Shown here: positions 1 to 12,794 of the stretch, piece after piece
Layout: every line of letters starts with the position of its first letter
Position numbering within the stretch: position 1 is the stretch's first letter
From: Felis catus
Lineage: Eukaryota
Direction: 5' to 3'
NCBI RefSeq assembly: GCF_018350175.1
Contig: NC_058368.1
Coordinates: 220,350,001 to 220,414,000 of the forward strand
DNA length: 64,000 nucleotides
Notes under the pieces: model-generated
Databases searched by the model: none
What the model saw: only the letters and a program-made list of their open reading frames with translations
Told to the model about the DNA's origin: nothing
Translations under genes and position numbers: made by a program

Positions 1-113
1 GAACAAATGATAACGTTGTCACTCAGGGTAGGTTGTCTCTGCACCTTAATAGAGAGTGAGTGTATGTGTGGATGTGGTCTTCAGAATCTGGCTTAGAAGT
101 CCCACACATATTT

Positions 114-304
114 CTTTTATTATTTTTTTTAAGTTTATTTATTTTGAGAGGCAGAAAGTACAAGATGGGGAGGAGCAGAGAGAGGGGAGAGAGCAGGAAG
201 CCCAAGCAGGCTCCACACTCATAGAGCAGAGCCCGATATGCGGCTTGAACTCATGAACCTGAGCCAAAGTCAGTTGCTTAATCAAATGAGCCATCCAGGC
301 GCCC
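114..304 (-). mobile_element. Carnivore SINE (Can-SINE/SINEC)
   Basis: Poly-T tail, GA-rich tract, ends in ...atccaggcgccc; TSD tagaagtcccaca(c/t)a(t/c)attt at 94-113 and 305-324. Confidence 0.93.
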
Positions 305-796
305 TAGAAGTCCCACATACATTTAGTGGCTAGAGTTAGGGTATACAATTATGTGCATGCTTATTTTCTTGTTATGTTTTTATGTTATTTACTACTATTT
401 CTTAAAAGCAGGAATACATCCACTTAGTAACTTGATTGGCACAAGTCACTATTGGTAAACTATTACCACTATTTTACATGCAAGTATCTTTTACTGGCAT
501 TACCAAACACATCTTTGGGACCTGTTTTGTGCACATCAGCATGTTAGACAATGGGACTTCAAAGATGACTAAAACACCATGCTTATTTGAAAAAAAATCC
601 GAATTATCCTATAAACAACATTGAAAGCACAGATGTGCTGAGTAACAGGAAGAAATCAAGGCAATTATATGTTTTGGTAATCACACTACATTTTTAAACT
701 AAAATAATTTATTTCAAAATTTAAAGGCCAGAATATAAAACTTCACTTCGATAAAGGCATCTGTATTTAATATTATATATTATATATATATATTTT

Positions 797-1308
797 TAGT
801 TATAAATCGCTCCATAACAAACCAGCCCACAACTTAATGGCACACAGCAGGAACCATTTTAATATGGTCACACATTCCAAGAGGATTTCCAAAAGGATAT
901 AACAGGGATGGTTTGTCTGGGTGCTGTGATATCTGGGACTTCTACTAGGAGAATGTGAACATGTAGGGAAGGAAAATTTGAGGCTAGTGAATCTGTTTCA
1001 ATCTTGGCTTCTCCCACTCACATGTCAGGCTTCTGCATTCAGCTCATCTGTGTGTACATGACGTTGCAGCTGTGAGGTTTGGGCTATTATAACAGGACAA
1101 CTGTATTCTGAGAGAGAGCCAATTGAGGACAGTACTTAAGGGCAAGGATTTCATCAGACTGAGTCAGAAGCTGTATGGGCTTTAACAACAGTTTCAGAAG
1201 ACACACAGCATCATTTAAATGGATGTTTCATTAATGGAGTTCCCAGAAGCCTTTCAGTCTTAGTGTGATGAATGTTAAAGTATTTGGTATTGGATTTAAA
1301 ACCATACA
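797..1308 (-). mobile_element. MaLR LTR, MLT1G/H-like
   Basis: cataacaaaccagcccacaacttaatggc...accattttaat and terminal aatgttaaagtatttgg...aaaaccataca resemble the recalled MLT1H/G consensus. Confidence 0.65.
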
Positions 1309-1869
1309 ATGCCTAAATTTGCCAATCTCCTTGCATATGAAAGTGTATTTTACTTTATTTGTTGACTTATTTCTTATTTACGCTTCTAATTCAAATTGTA
1401 TGTGTTCATCACAGGCTACAAGGTAGGTAATATATTGCCAATGAATGAAACAAAAGAGAAAAATCTATTAACCCAACCAACAAAATACACCAGTTTTTAA
1501 AGTGTGTTGAAAAATTGCAATGATTTAAAACATGTTTAACTTTGAGTGACATCGACGAGCTCTATAACAATTCTATGATAATAGATCAGCTCATTGAGTT
1601 CTTAGCTTACAATTTAGAAAAATGAAGGTTACAATTTTGAATATGTCATAAATGGTATAACAAGATAAACTCTCAATCTCCCTGTCTGAATCTGATACAG
1701 CATTTCCCAACATGTGTCTCTTTTCTGTAGGGGTAAGTCAAATAAATGTATTCCACTTTCAACTATATTGGAATCAAATATTCTTACCATCCTAGTCTGC
1801 TAACCCTTTCCATCGTGAAAAATCACTGTGCATATTAGAATAGTAAAAATTAATTTTGAAAATTTGTAG

Positions 1870-2220
1870 GCTGAAAATGACAGCAAAAATTGACCACATT
1901 GGAGAAAAAAAATAAGTTTTTATCTGTTTCCAACAATAGCAGGTACAAACGTATATGGTTGCTGATGTCAATTCAGACTCAAGGTCAGGGCTCAGTAGCC
2001 ATGTCTCCGGGTTTCTTATGTATGCTTACATCCCTGGAAGTGTCCTGCCCTCAGGGTGAGTCAAAGGCAGGATATAGGAGCGAATCCAAGGTGGACCCTT
2101 GCTTTATATTCCTCTTTCTTATTGGGAGAATATAATCCTTCTCAAAGCTAGTTCTCATGTGCTTTGTATGGACCAGAAGTGGGTCACACTACCAGTTCAA
2201 TGGTTAAAGATCAGGCAAGG
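1870..2220 (-). mobile_element. Old MaLR LTR fragment, MLT1K-like
   Basis: Degenerate similarity (gaccagaagtgggtcaca..., cagactcaaggtcagggctc). Confidence 0.4.
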
Positions 2221-2312
2221 CAGTGTTCACTTTTCTGGCTTCTGTAATGGAGGATAAGTAAGGAACAATGGATTTGGGGTAGAGGAAATTTGAGAGTATG
2301 TATTATAATCAT

Positions 2313-3019
2313 TGCCGGCAAGAAAGTGCACTTCCCCATAGTTTGTCCATATCCTGATACCCAAAACCTGTGCTGTGAATATGTTATTTTGTATGAAAAA
2401 AAAAAACCTAAAACCACAACAAAACCTTTGCAGATGTGATTAAGAATGTTATTTTTCTTTTTTCTTTTTTTTACTTAATTTTTTTTATCTTTATTTATTT
2501 TTGAGAGATAGAAAGAGACAGAGCATCAGTGGGAGAGGGTCAGAGAGAGAGGGAGACACAAACCCATGGACCTGGAGATCATGACCTGACCTGGGACACT
2601 TACCCACTGAGCCACCCAGGTGCCCCTAATTAAGGATTTTCAAAGGGAAGAGTGCCCAGATTATCTGGATAAGCCCAGTGTGATCACTTGACTCCTTATA
2701 AGTGAAAAAATCAGGCAAAGAAAGCAAAGTCAAAGGGATGTCATCTGAAACAGACTCAACTGACCATTGTTGGTTTTGAAGGTTGAGGAGGAGGCCAGGC
2801 ACAAAATAACGCAGGTGGCTTATGGCAAGTGGAAAAGACAAATGAATGGATTTTCCCCTAGCGACTCGAGAAGGAGCTCGGTACTACCTACCTTGACTTT
2901 AGCCCAGCGAAACCCATTTTGGACTTCTGACCATTAGCACTGTAAAATAATCAGGTCGTGTTATTTTAAGCCACTATATTTGTGGTGATTTGTTATAGCA
3001 GTCATAGGAAACTAAGGCA
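2313..3019 (+). mobile_element. MaLR LTR, MLT1D-like, interrupted by a SINE
   Basis: tgtgaatatgtt...ctttgcagatgtgattaag...gactcaactgaccattgttggttttgaag...ttttaagccactatatttgtggtgatttgttatagcagtcataggaaactaa. Confidence 0.85.
2451..2626 (-). mobile_element. Can-SINE with internal deletion
   Basis: T-rich tail, gagagagggagacaca, gagatcatgacctg, gccacccaggtgcccc; imperfect TSD attaagaatgtt/attaaggatttt. Confidence 0.9.
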
Positions 3020-3495
3020 AAAATCTGTAATATGGAGAATAGATTGATCCTGTTCCACAAACTTCTTTTACTATATATAACACATTTTATGCCCTGACTT
3101 ATTAAAATCTCTTTTTGAAGATCTTTTCAGTACAATATATATTTTCATAAAGTTGATGATGATAAATAGTTATAATTTGGAAATAAAATATCATCAATGC
3201 ACAAAATACCACTTTTGGTTCATAGCTTCAAATTTTCTCACAAAAGAATCATTTACCAAAATGAGATAAATCATGAATAAATGAACAAGACATATAAATA
3301 AATATAATTAACCTTAAAATTTGTGCTACCATTTTGGCCTAAAGGTGATTTATTACATCAACACCATTTATTGCATGCTTTGAACTACTTTTAATAATGC
3401 ATGTAGAGGGGATGCTACCTAGTGATTGATTCATCCATCATGTTTAGAACTATCTGAGAAACAGGCAGAGAAATCAGTTCAAAATACTAGTGTTC

Positions 3496-3710
3496 TTTTT
3501 TTTTTTTAATGTTTATTTATTTTTGAAAAAGAGAGAGAAACCACAAGTAGAGGAGGGGCAGAGAGAGAGGGAGACAGAGAATCCAAAGCAGGCTCCGGTG
3601 CTGTCACTATGGAACCGGATGCTGGGCTCGAACTCATGAACTGCAAGATCATGACCTGAGCCAAAATCAAGAGTAGGATGCTCAACCGACTGAGCCCCCC
3701 AGCTGCCCCC
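3496..3710 (-). mobile_element. Can-SINE
   Basis: Full body; TSD aaaatactagt/aaaatattagt. Confidence 0.93.
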
Positions 3711-4534
3711 AAAATATTAGTTTCATTATGACAAAATCAGAGTGTGGGGAGTGACCTATATATAAAGTCAAGATGACCTTCTTTGTCCCATCACAACATT
3801 AAACTTTCTTATTAAGTCACAGGCAGAAAGATAGAAATATTAAGTCTAATAGTTACCAAATGGTGGTGAGCCAACCTTAAGCCCCCTCTTTGTGAACAGT
3901 CAAACCACAGAGAGGGAACAAGAGAATCTCAGCCAAGGATGCTTAGTTCCTTCTTCCCAATGAAGAAAAAATTAAGACATAGAAAGGTTGGAATCTAGCA
4001 AAAGGTCCCTCATAAAAACAAGGAATAAGAGAAATGAAGTACACCCTATCAGTGTGAAATACACAGAACAATGCATGTTACTTTATGTACGACAAACATT
4101 AATAAGACTAAATGAGAGTATCAATAATTTTCAACAAATTATCTCTGAAAGTTTTGGGTTTTTTTCTTTTGGTGCTTAATAGAAATAGAAACAATTATTA
4201 GATCCTGGGATTGGTAGAAAGATCTGATTGTTTGGAAATGTCATCATTTCTGAGGTTGACTTGGAGTAAAAAGGACAATACATTGAAAGGTTAGCATTTG
4301 TTATCAAATCATATTGTAAAAGCTATACTAGATGAAAGCCATTAGGGAAAAAAAAAGAAAAGGAAAAAAATATGAAGGACTAAGAAAGATCTTTACTGGA
4401 ATAAAGGCCAAAAGCAAATCTAAAAATAAGTCAGACATTTATTATGGCATTAAACTTTGGTGCTTGCCCAAATTAACTAAAGAGGAATACTATTTAAAAG
4501 CACATATATGAAAAAAAAAAACAAACACATATAT

Positions 4535-4796
4535 GTGGGCGCCTGGGTGTCTCAGTTGGTTAAGAGTCTGACTTCGGCTCAGGTCATGATCTCAGGGTTC
4601 ACAAGTTCGAGCTCCACTTCGGGCTTTGTGCTGACAGTTCAGAGCCTGGAGCCTGCTTCCAATTCTGTTTCTCCCTCTCTCTCTGCCCTTCTCCTGCTCA
4701 TGCTCCATCTCTCTCTCTCTCCCTCTCTCTCTCTCAAAAATAAATAAGTATTTTTAAATTTTAATAAAAAATAATAAAAATAAACATTAACGGAAG
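4535..4796 (+). mobile_element. Can-SINE
   Basis: gggcgcctgggtg head, CT tract, A tail; TSD aaacacatat. Confidence 0.93.
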
Positions 4797-7700
4797 AAAC
4801 ACATATGCAGACTCTATCTTCCACTACTTTCCATTTCAGAAGAGTTATTTTGTTTTTCTGTTCACTAGAAGCTTCCAGCTCTTCATCTACATTTTTGAGT
4901 GACAAATCTCTGAGGGAAGGAAAATACCAGTGAGTCTGAAATTCATCTTATAAAGACCCATCTGAAAACATAATTTCTAGGAATGCATTGGACATCTTTG
5001 TCACCCTATGAATTGGGATATTACCCATTTTATATACTGCTCATGTGTATTGTGGTTAAGTGGCCATGATTTTTTTAAAAAGCATGCAAAATTCAATAGG
5101 AAGAAAGGATAAGTGCTACAGTGGGTAATGTTTATTACAGTTTTCCTTTTTTGCTTGATTGGTTTGTAATGTTCTCCACTCTGGTTTTTTTGTTGATTAT
5201 TAAAACAAAAAGAAACTTAGAAAGCATGTAAGATATTGTTATAGCTCATCAATAAAACTATTGATAAACCTCAGACTGAGATAATTTTTTTTAAAAATAT
5301 ACTCAAAGCTATGTAAGAAAAGCAAGTTAAATATCTCAAAATATTTTACCAGATTTAACTTCAAAGCAGCCTGCACTAAGGGTCTAAGTAGGCATTCAGA
5401 ATCATTCCTGATTTTTTTCACATATATCTACAATTTTATGGTAACTGCCAATGATCATCTTCCATTTTTGTACCTAAAATTCTAAAACTAATAAAATAAT
5501 GAGCAAAACATATTTATGCAGTGCTAAATCCAAAGTTTGATTAGACTATTGAGGATGATCAACTCGTTCCTTGTAAACATGAATTATAAATCACCCATTA
5601 ATTTGAACCTGCTTAAACACCTCAGATGTTAAAATAAATATGTTTTAACTATTATAGGGATATAGGTGAGGTGATAAAAGAAAAAAAATAGGTGGTCAAA
5701 GAAAAAAAAGAGTGTGTTTTCTCACTTTACTGCCTCCAAAAACATGAAAAATTTTACATAAGGTAGATAGGCTACTTGTTTCTATACTGACATTATATTT
5801 TAATTTCATAGAAAGTATTGCTCATTTTACTTGAAAAAGCAAGCTACAAAGGCACGCGCACATACACACACATACACACACATATATTTATATAATGTGA
5901 ACAATTAGAGAATATTATGGTATGGTGACATCTGGTTTCATCAGTCATTTTGTAAACATGATGCAAACTATGTTGAGATGGAATGAAGCTGTATTATTTA
6001 TCTGTGTTTTTCCTTGCAGATAAAAATACACAATAAAAACACTGCTGCCTGATTGCTGATGTCTCTACTCAATTAGCACAGAAGCAAATTGATTTTTTTT
6101 TTTTTTTTGCTCGAGGGGGCAAAACAACAGAGTTGTTTTCTTCTTCCTGCTGTATTTCTATCAAACACATTTTTACTGCAGACTATGTTTGAATCTTAGG
6201 CAAGTTGTTTTCATTCTTGTAAGTCAGAAATAATTTTCAATTGCAGCTCTCTATGCTCCCTTAAGGAAATATATTAGCCACCGCATGGTGGTTTAAGTGC
6301 ACAATTAGCCTTTTTCTCACTCTATCCATGTTGTACAACCAGGTGGGTGGTCCTTAAACACCCAAGTAGTCATTTCAAGGGCACTGAACACACACAAGTT
6401 CAGGTCTTCTACTGGGGTCAAAGATGTATGATTTTCAGTCATATTTGGCTTTAGATGAAATGGTTTCAAAACAGTCTTAAAGTTTTAGCTCTTCAGTGAG
6501 TCACTCTCCACTGAATGGCAAAGTCTGATAAATAATGACCCACTTGGAAGAAAGTACACTTTTAAAATAAACATCCCCATCACCCAGCAGAAGCAGCAGG
6601 ACAATAACAAAGATTTCCTTTTTCTTAATTCTGTTGGAAACTGAATAATGGAAAAGGAAAAAAAGACATAAATTTACTTTGATATAGAAATAAAGCCTGG
6701 CTACCCTGCAATAGCAAGTGGTGTGCTTTAATCTGATTATCCTTGCAATATAACAAAGTTACTGGGGAAATTATTGCATTTTTGTAATAAGCCACATTAC
6801 TGATTAATTATAGTGCAAAAGAGAAAAAAAGGTTGTATCTATTATGTACATGGCTTATATTAACGCTTAAATAACTTGCCCACAATTATCTGGACAATAG
6901 TACTGTGTAAAAACCTCTCTCTCCATTTTTAGGTTACTCTGCCCTCAGGTCCCTGTGCCCCCAAACCTACGCAGCCCATAGATGTGCTGTTCCAAATGAT
7001 ATAGTCTGCATAATATTCAAGAAAAACTAGCTGTCCTTACCAAAATTCTGCTATTAAGAAAGATAAAAACTGGTCCGTGTGTTCATGTGTGTAATTCCAC
7101 TCGATGCTGATTTACCCCTATTTTCACATATATAGTAGTATTTAGTATTTTTGCTACATATGAACAAGATATGAAAGCAATGAGTCCAACCTCATTTGGC
7201 CTTCTCACGAAACTATTTATTAAGTAATATCCTATCCAAAAGGACACTGGTTTACTAACGTTAAGGATGTACAACAGAATTAATTACAAGTAACAATACT
7301 AGCTCAAGAGAAAGAATAAAGCAACCTATCAGCTTAAAGTACAATGGCAATTAGAAAATGATCGAGAATATAGAAAGGAAAAAAGTATCAGCTTTTTTTT
7401 TTTTTGCTAAGTTTGTATTTGTTGACAATAATGGTGGCATTACTTTTGCCTTCAAGAATATTACAGTAATTATTTTCTTTTTCCTTTTTTACCAGTAATT
7501 TTTTTTATTATGTGAATATTAATTTAACACTTTATTTGATATTTTGGTATTGTAAAACAGATAGACAATATTGACATTTTAATGTTCAACCAGAATTATA
7601 TAACTTTAAAACTAAAAGCGATGAAATTAGTCAAAAGACTGCCTTGGGTAATTTTCTGTCATTTGGCATGCTGGGCTACATTGGGCTGTAATACAACACA

Positions 7701-8349
7701 ATTTTTAAAAAACATTTAAATATTGCCAAAACTTCTTGACATAATTAATGTACCCTTTGTTTTTCTTTTCCACTATTATTACCCAGTAATTTTTTTTGTT
7801 TACTGTCATTGTGCCCTTATTTATCGATAAAATGGGAATATTACTAATAACTGCTTTATAAGGTAGCCAGCCACATTGAATTTGTAATTTATTCTCTATT
7901 AATATGTTTGTCACATAGTAAGGACTTAATTAACGCTAACATTAGTGTTAGTATCACTATAAATCTGATATGCTTATTTAGCACTTGACAAGTGAGTCTG
8001 CCTCATATAGCCATGGAAGAAGTCTCCAGAGCTCAACAGTCTTCTCAATTTTTAATTGGCCTTTCAGGATTTTACATACTTTACAATCTCTTCCTGTGAC
8101 AATAGCAGGTCAGAGACAGTCTCCTTCTGAACCATCACACCAAGTGCATTCCAGATACATCCACTTGCAGATACATCCACTTTTCATACATTTTGACTCT
8201 CCCATATTGTTTTTATAAAGTGTGATTTCTCTGAAAGCTCAAATCTGAGACTATGCATTAAGATCTCTATTGTGTGCCCTACATAAAATTCAGGCCTTAG
8301 CTACTTTCTGAAACTTCTGACAGTTTTCGCCTTTAATGTGCATTATTTA

Positions 8350-9505
8350 ATTCCTGGATAACTTGTAAGAAGTAATTGCAGAAATCATAAATGACAGCTC
8401 GATAATCACAGAGCAAACACACTTTTGTAACTACTGCCCACATCCACACTTAGACTATTATTGGGATCTCAGCAATCAACCCTTATTTTCTTTCCAAAAA
8501 TCTACTTCTCCTTTCACCCCAAATACAAGTATGCTGACCTTCAAAAATCATGCATGGGTTCTTCCACTTTTTGAACCATAGGTAAGTGAAATCACACAGT
8601 AAGCATTCCTTGGTGTGTGCGTGCTTTCTTTCACTTCATTTTATGTGTCTGAAGGTCATTCATGTTGTCGTAAGCAGCAATAGTGTGTCCATTTTCACTG
8701 CTGCATGCAATTTTATTTTATGTATACGCCATATTGATTTTGTTTGATGGAAATATTGTTCCAGTTTTGACAATTATGAGTAATTATGGTATGAATGCTA
8801 ATATGCATATCTTTTGTGAAATACATATGTACGTATATGTCACATATATTCTTTGGAGAATATAGCTAAGATGAAATTATTTGCATATGTTGAACTTTAG
8901 TAGGTAATGAATATGCATATGTTGAACTTTAGTAGGTAATTTCAAACATTTTTCTAAGGTGGTTTTGAATTTACCTTTCTAATAATTTATCCTTTCCAGA
9001 CTGGTATTAAGTCTTATTTCTTCTCCTTCTTCTCCTTCTTTTCCTTCTCCTTCTCCTTCTCCTTCTCCTTCTCCTTCTCCTTCTCCTCCGTCTTCTTCTT
9101 CTTCTTCTTCTTCTTCTTCTTCTTCTTCTTCTCCTCCTCCTCCTCTTTCTTCTTCTTCCTCTTCCTCTTCCTTTTCCCTATTCCTCCTTTTTCTTCCCCT
9201 TTTGTTGCTTCTCCTCCTCCTCCTTCTTCTAATTCTACTCTGTGATAGTATTTAGATATTTAATTTACTTTTCTCTTAACCATTGGTTAATTACCTTTTC
9301 ATATTTTTATTGGCTAAGTGGCCATCTTTTGAGAAATATTTGTAGAAGTTTTTTGTTATTTCTTCTATTTGTCTAGATTTTTCTTATTGATATGTAGGAG
9401 GTCTTTATATAGTCTAGATAATAATTCTTCATCCGTTTTATCTATTTAAAGTATATGCTCCTCTGTGACAGCAACAGTTGATTTCACTTGCTAATATTTT
9501 GTTGA
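8350..9505 (-). mobile_element. Old L1 (L1MC/ME-like) 3' region, antisense
   Basis: Antisense L1 3' motifs: gtgaaatcacacagtaagcattcc, cattcatgttgtcgtaagcagcaatagt, ttccagttttgacaattatgagtaat, ttgctaatattttgttgaag. Confidence 0.75.
9018..9230. repeat. Compound (CTCCTT)n/(CTT)n/(CTC)n microsatellite
   Basis: Directly visible. Confidence 0.95.
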
Positions 9506-9509
9506 AGAC

Positions 9510-11682
9510 ATGATATTATATTAAGGCCACTTTAATCCAAACACATATGGAAATGATTTGAACATGGACCTCAGAGCCAGTGAGATTGTTTTAGTTCTGC
9601 TGTACTCTTTTCCAAATGTGTAATCTTTTGGATTCCCTACAGAAAATCTAGGGTACTTACCAGAGTCCCTCCTGCCTGGCAGACCCAGGAGTACAAAAAG
9701 TGGGAGGAAGTGAGAGAGTAGAATGAGGAAAAACGATAACACATTTACTAATTAAGAGCAGGCCATCCTTATCTGGGGATAGTGCGTTCACTGACAAAGC
9801 AGTCCTTCTGTGATGTGGGGGAAAGGAGGATCTGAGGGTGATAGAATCAGTAATCATTTGGGGTCAAATTTTGAGATCCTCCAACCTTCAACAATATCAG
9901 ATGTTTGTATCTCTTCATTACCTTTCACTATCAGCCCATTTTTCAGGGGCATTTATGATAAAACACATACCATAGTGAGGCTGAAAATGATCCAGAGAGT
10001 CAAAATCAAAATACAGATAAATGTGAAGAACCAGAGGATTGGCTGAAATTAGCTGGTTGAATAGGGGGGAAAAATAATAACACTGCAACCTGGAACAGTA
10101 TTCATATTGGAAAGGTACCAGTGAGAGTCCCAAGAGGAGGTCAGAGACTGCCAAAGTGGAAGAGCATAATTCCACATGTAATGTATCATCGTTCACTGCA
10201 AGGCAGCTGGTCAGCTTTTGGCAGGAGTTGCAAGGCTGGCATGCAGTCATGGCCTCTGCCTCAGAATCATAGAGTCTTTGCTATGATTGATGTGCTGCCA
10301 TGTCCTTTATGATGATGGATCTAGTCAGCCACGGAAACAATCTGGGTGGTGCAGACTCCAAGAGCAACTTGATTCTAGTCAGTTTCATTGGAAAGCGACC
10401 TTTTTTGTGGGCATCTACAGAAGCAACACAGACAATCTAATCAGTAGCAATGATCTGTTTCCAGTCTGCAGCTCCAAACAGGGGAATGTTTAATTGGCCA
10501 GTCTATAGTTTTTCAAGTGGCAGAATGGTGATATGCAAGAGTGAGTCAAACCATAACAAGGTTTGCCAGATGGAGTACGGACCAGGGTTAGGAGAACAAC
10601 CTTAAGTTTTGCTGACTGAGCAGTGAACCCCAATCAGTTTGTGGCTCTGTATACGTGGAGTGGAAGTTAAATTGCTCTGACAGTCCCATTGATGACCTTG
10701 GGTCTCAGCTAAGCTAAACCACCTGTGAACCAGGCACAGGCAGTTAAGGGAAACTGTGAATCAAGGGCTCTACTGATTCTTGTAGTGCAGTGGGGGTAAA
10801 CATTTCTCCCAGAGATAGCTGTGTCTTTTTCATGTAAATTAAGGAGTCATTGAGGCCAGGCCTAACTTTTTTTTTTTTTTTTTAAATGAGTGATAGAGTA
10901 AATGGTGGCTGCGTCCAATAGGTGGCAATGTTGCATCGGGAAATGGCCCTCAATACTCCAGCAGCCATTAAGAATTTAAATAAACCTAATTCATATCTCT
11001 ATTTCTTAGATACACCATTGATTCTTTCTGACCACTGGGGAGGGAACAGGTAGAAGGTGGTGGTGGGGAGCAAAGGGTGACACTTCACCAACACCCCTCT
11101 GTAAGTGGCATTCCCTGAATGGGGGTATATTCCCTGATATACCACATCAACACTAGTGGTATATTCAGCGATGGGCATTAGAACAGCAACATATAATAAC
11201 AAAAATAGATGAGACTTCATGCAAATTGGCATGGCACATTTTTTCCAGTTTTTATTTGCATGTACACTGCCTACATCTCAACCAAATAAACTTGTAAAGT
11301 TTTGGATCCACTCAAACTCTGTATTGAATACTAATAGCTTTCCATATTTATTCCAGTTTTGGAGACTCCTTGGGTCAGCAGCCATAGTCGTAATACCTTT
11401 TAGTTTGGGCCACTGAACTTGCTAACCTAGTTTCACGATAACATACTTTTTCTGTCTACTTAGAGAAGAGTAAACAGAACCAAAGATACCATCTGGGCAG
11501 CACATTTCAATCATACTTCTCACTGCTTAACCTGTGTACACGAATTTAACGCTTATTCGTTAACAAATAAGACAATGGAGTCCCCCGCCCCTCCCCCTAC
11601 ACGCACCTACACTGCTAGTGAGAGTATTCACTAGCAGATTCCAAAAAGTTGTTCTCTTCCTGAAAGTCACGCCTCTACCGGC
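9510..11682 (-). mobile_element. ERVL (class III) internal remnant: protease/RT N-terminus, RNase H and integrase pseudogene fragments
   Basis: Minus-strand translations: GLFKFLMAAGVLR (RT N-term, ~10945-10985); RNase H-like AWFTGG (~10720-10737), TAQSAKLKVVLLTL (cf. SAQWAEL), SAT*KTIDWPIKHSPVW, VASVDAHKK; integrase zinc-finger CQPCNSCQK and core DHFQPHYGMCFIINAPEKWADS / QTSDIVEGW. Confidence 0.85.
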
Positions 11683-11700
11683 ATCTCATCCTCATTGACA
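11683..11700 (-). promoter_or_regulatory. Degenerate retroviral primer-binding site, tRNA-Ser(GCU)-like
   Basis: Minus strand TGTCAATGAGGATGAGAT immediately after the LTR; 14/18 match to TGGCGACGAGGATGGGAT (recalled tRNA-Ser 3' complement), two mismatches are CpG decay. Confidence 0.65.
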
Positions 11701-11701
11701 A

Positions 11702-12220
11702 AGTCAATTCTGTGAAGGATCTGATATCTTATCTATTTTCAATCTAGCAATTTAGTCTGAAACAGCTTCATGGATGCTGGTATGAGAGACAAAACTTTGA
11801 GGTCAGAGGCAAAAAAAGGCCTTTATTACTCAGGGTACAACAAGCATCATGAACATGACATAGTTGCATCAGTTTCCCTTGCCTCCCAAGTCCCAAGGTA
11901 GAGATGCAGATAGACCTATATAAATGCCAACATAAACACTGGGTTGCATTAAGAGACAGAAACCCAGAGTTTGGACTATCTGAATCCTTTATAATGGGTA
12001 ATAAGCATGTCTGCATTTTGCCCTAGGGAGAGACATAAACTACTATACTGGACTATAAAGACCCCTGCCCTTTGTTCTGAAAGGGGAGGGTGTCTGTCTC
12101 CCAAAGCTGATTACTCTGTGAACATTCTTGAAAGGCAAGTTAGAATGAAGTTCAGACAATGTCTGTGCTCACAGACATGCAGAAATGCAGGACATTAATA
12201 GAGAATTATCTCCCCAAAAC

Positions 12221-12221
<1 letters not shown>
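11702..12221 (-). mobile_element. 5' LTR, LTR40-like (ERVL)
   Basis: Minus strand starts TGttttggggagataattctc...gcatttctgcatgtctgtgagcacag and ends ccagcatccatgaa...gatccttcacagaattgac, as in the recalled LTR40 consensus. Confidence 0.85.
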
Positions 12222-12286
<65 letters not shown>

Positions 12287-12288
12287 GT
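12222..12288. repeat. (TA)n(TG)n(TA)n microsatellite
   Basis: Directly visible. Confidence 0.95.
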
Positions 12289-12581
12289 AGGGAATAAAGG
12301 GAAAAAATAGTCTTACCCAAAGTACTCTTTTTCTGTTATTCAAAAGTGTTTATTAAGAGGAGTACATATCTTAAAATATTATCTCAATTTTTTTAATTTT
12401 TTTTAAAAATTCTTATATTGGTATTTCAATGCTATGGTATATTTGATCCCTATTTTTATAAATGTAAGAATTTGTTAATTCTGGGCATTCTCATCTAATT
12501 TTATTTGTATCAAAAATATGTGTGTGTGTGTGTGTATACATATATATATATATACATATATATATTCGTTTTCTAAAGTAT

Positions 12582-12794
12582 TTTTTAAATTTCTTTTAAT
12601 GTTTATTTTTGAAAGAGAGACAGAAAGGGTGAGTGGGGGAGGAGCAGAGAGAGAGGGAGACACAGAATCCAAAGCAGGCTCCAGGCTTTGAGCAGTCAGC
12701 ACAGAGTCCAACATGGGGATGGAACCCATGAACCATGAGATCATGACCCAAGATGTAGTTGAACATTTAACTGACTGAGCCACCCAGGCGCCCC
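12582..12794 (-). mobile_element. Can-SINE
   Basis: Full body ending caggcgcccc; TSD taaagtatt. Confidence 0.93.

Noticed and set aside
6001..6040. Splice-acceptor-like tctgtgtttttccttgcag followed by aataaa
   Set aside because: No supporting ORF, donor site or neighbouring exon; such motifs are common by chance in AT-rich DNA.
9918..10250. 110-aa minus-strand ORF as a functional CDS
   Set aside because: It is a frameshifted ERVL integrase remnant; the catalytic motifs are degraded and split across frames.
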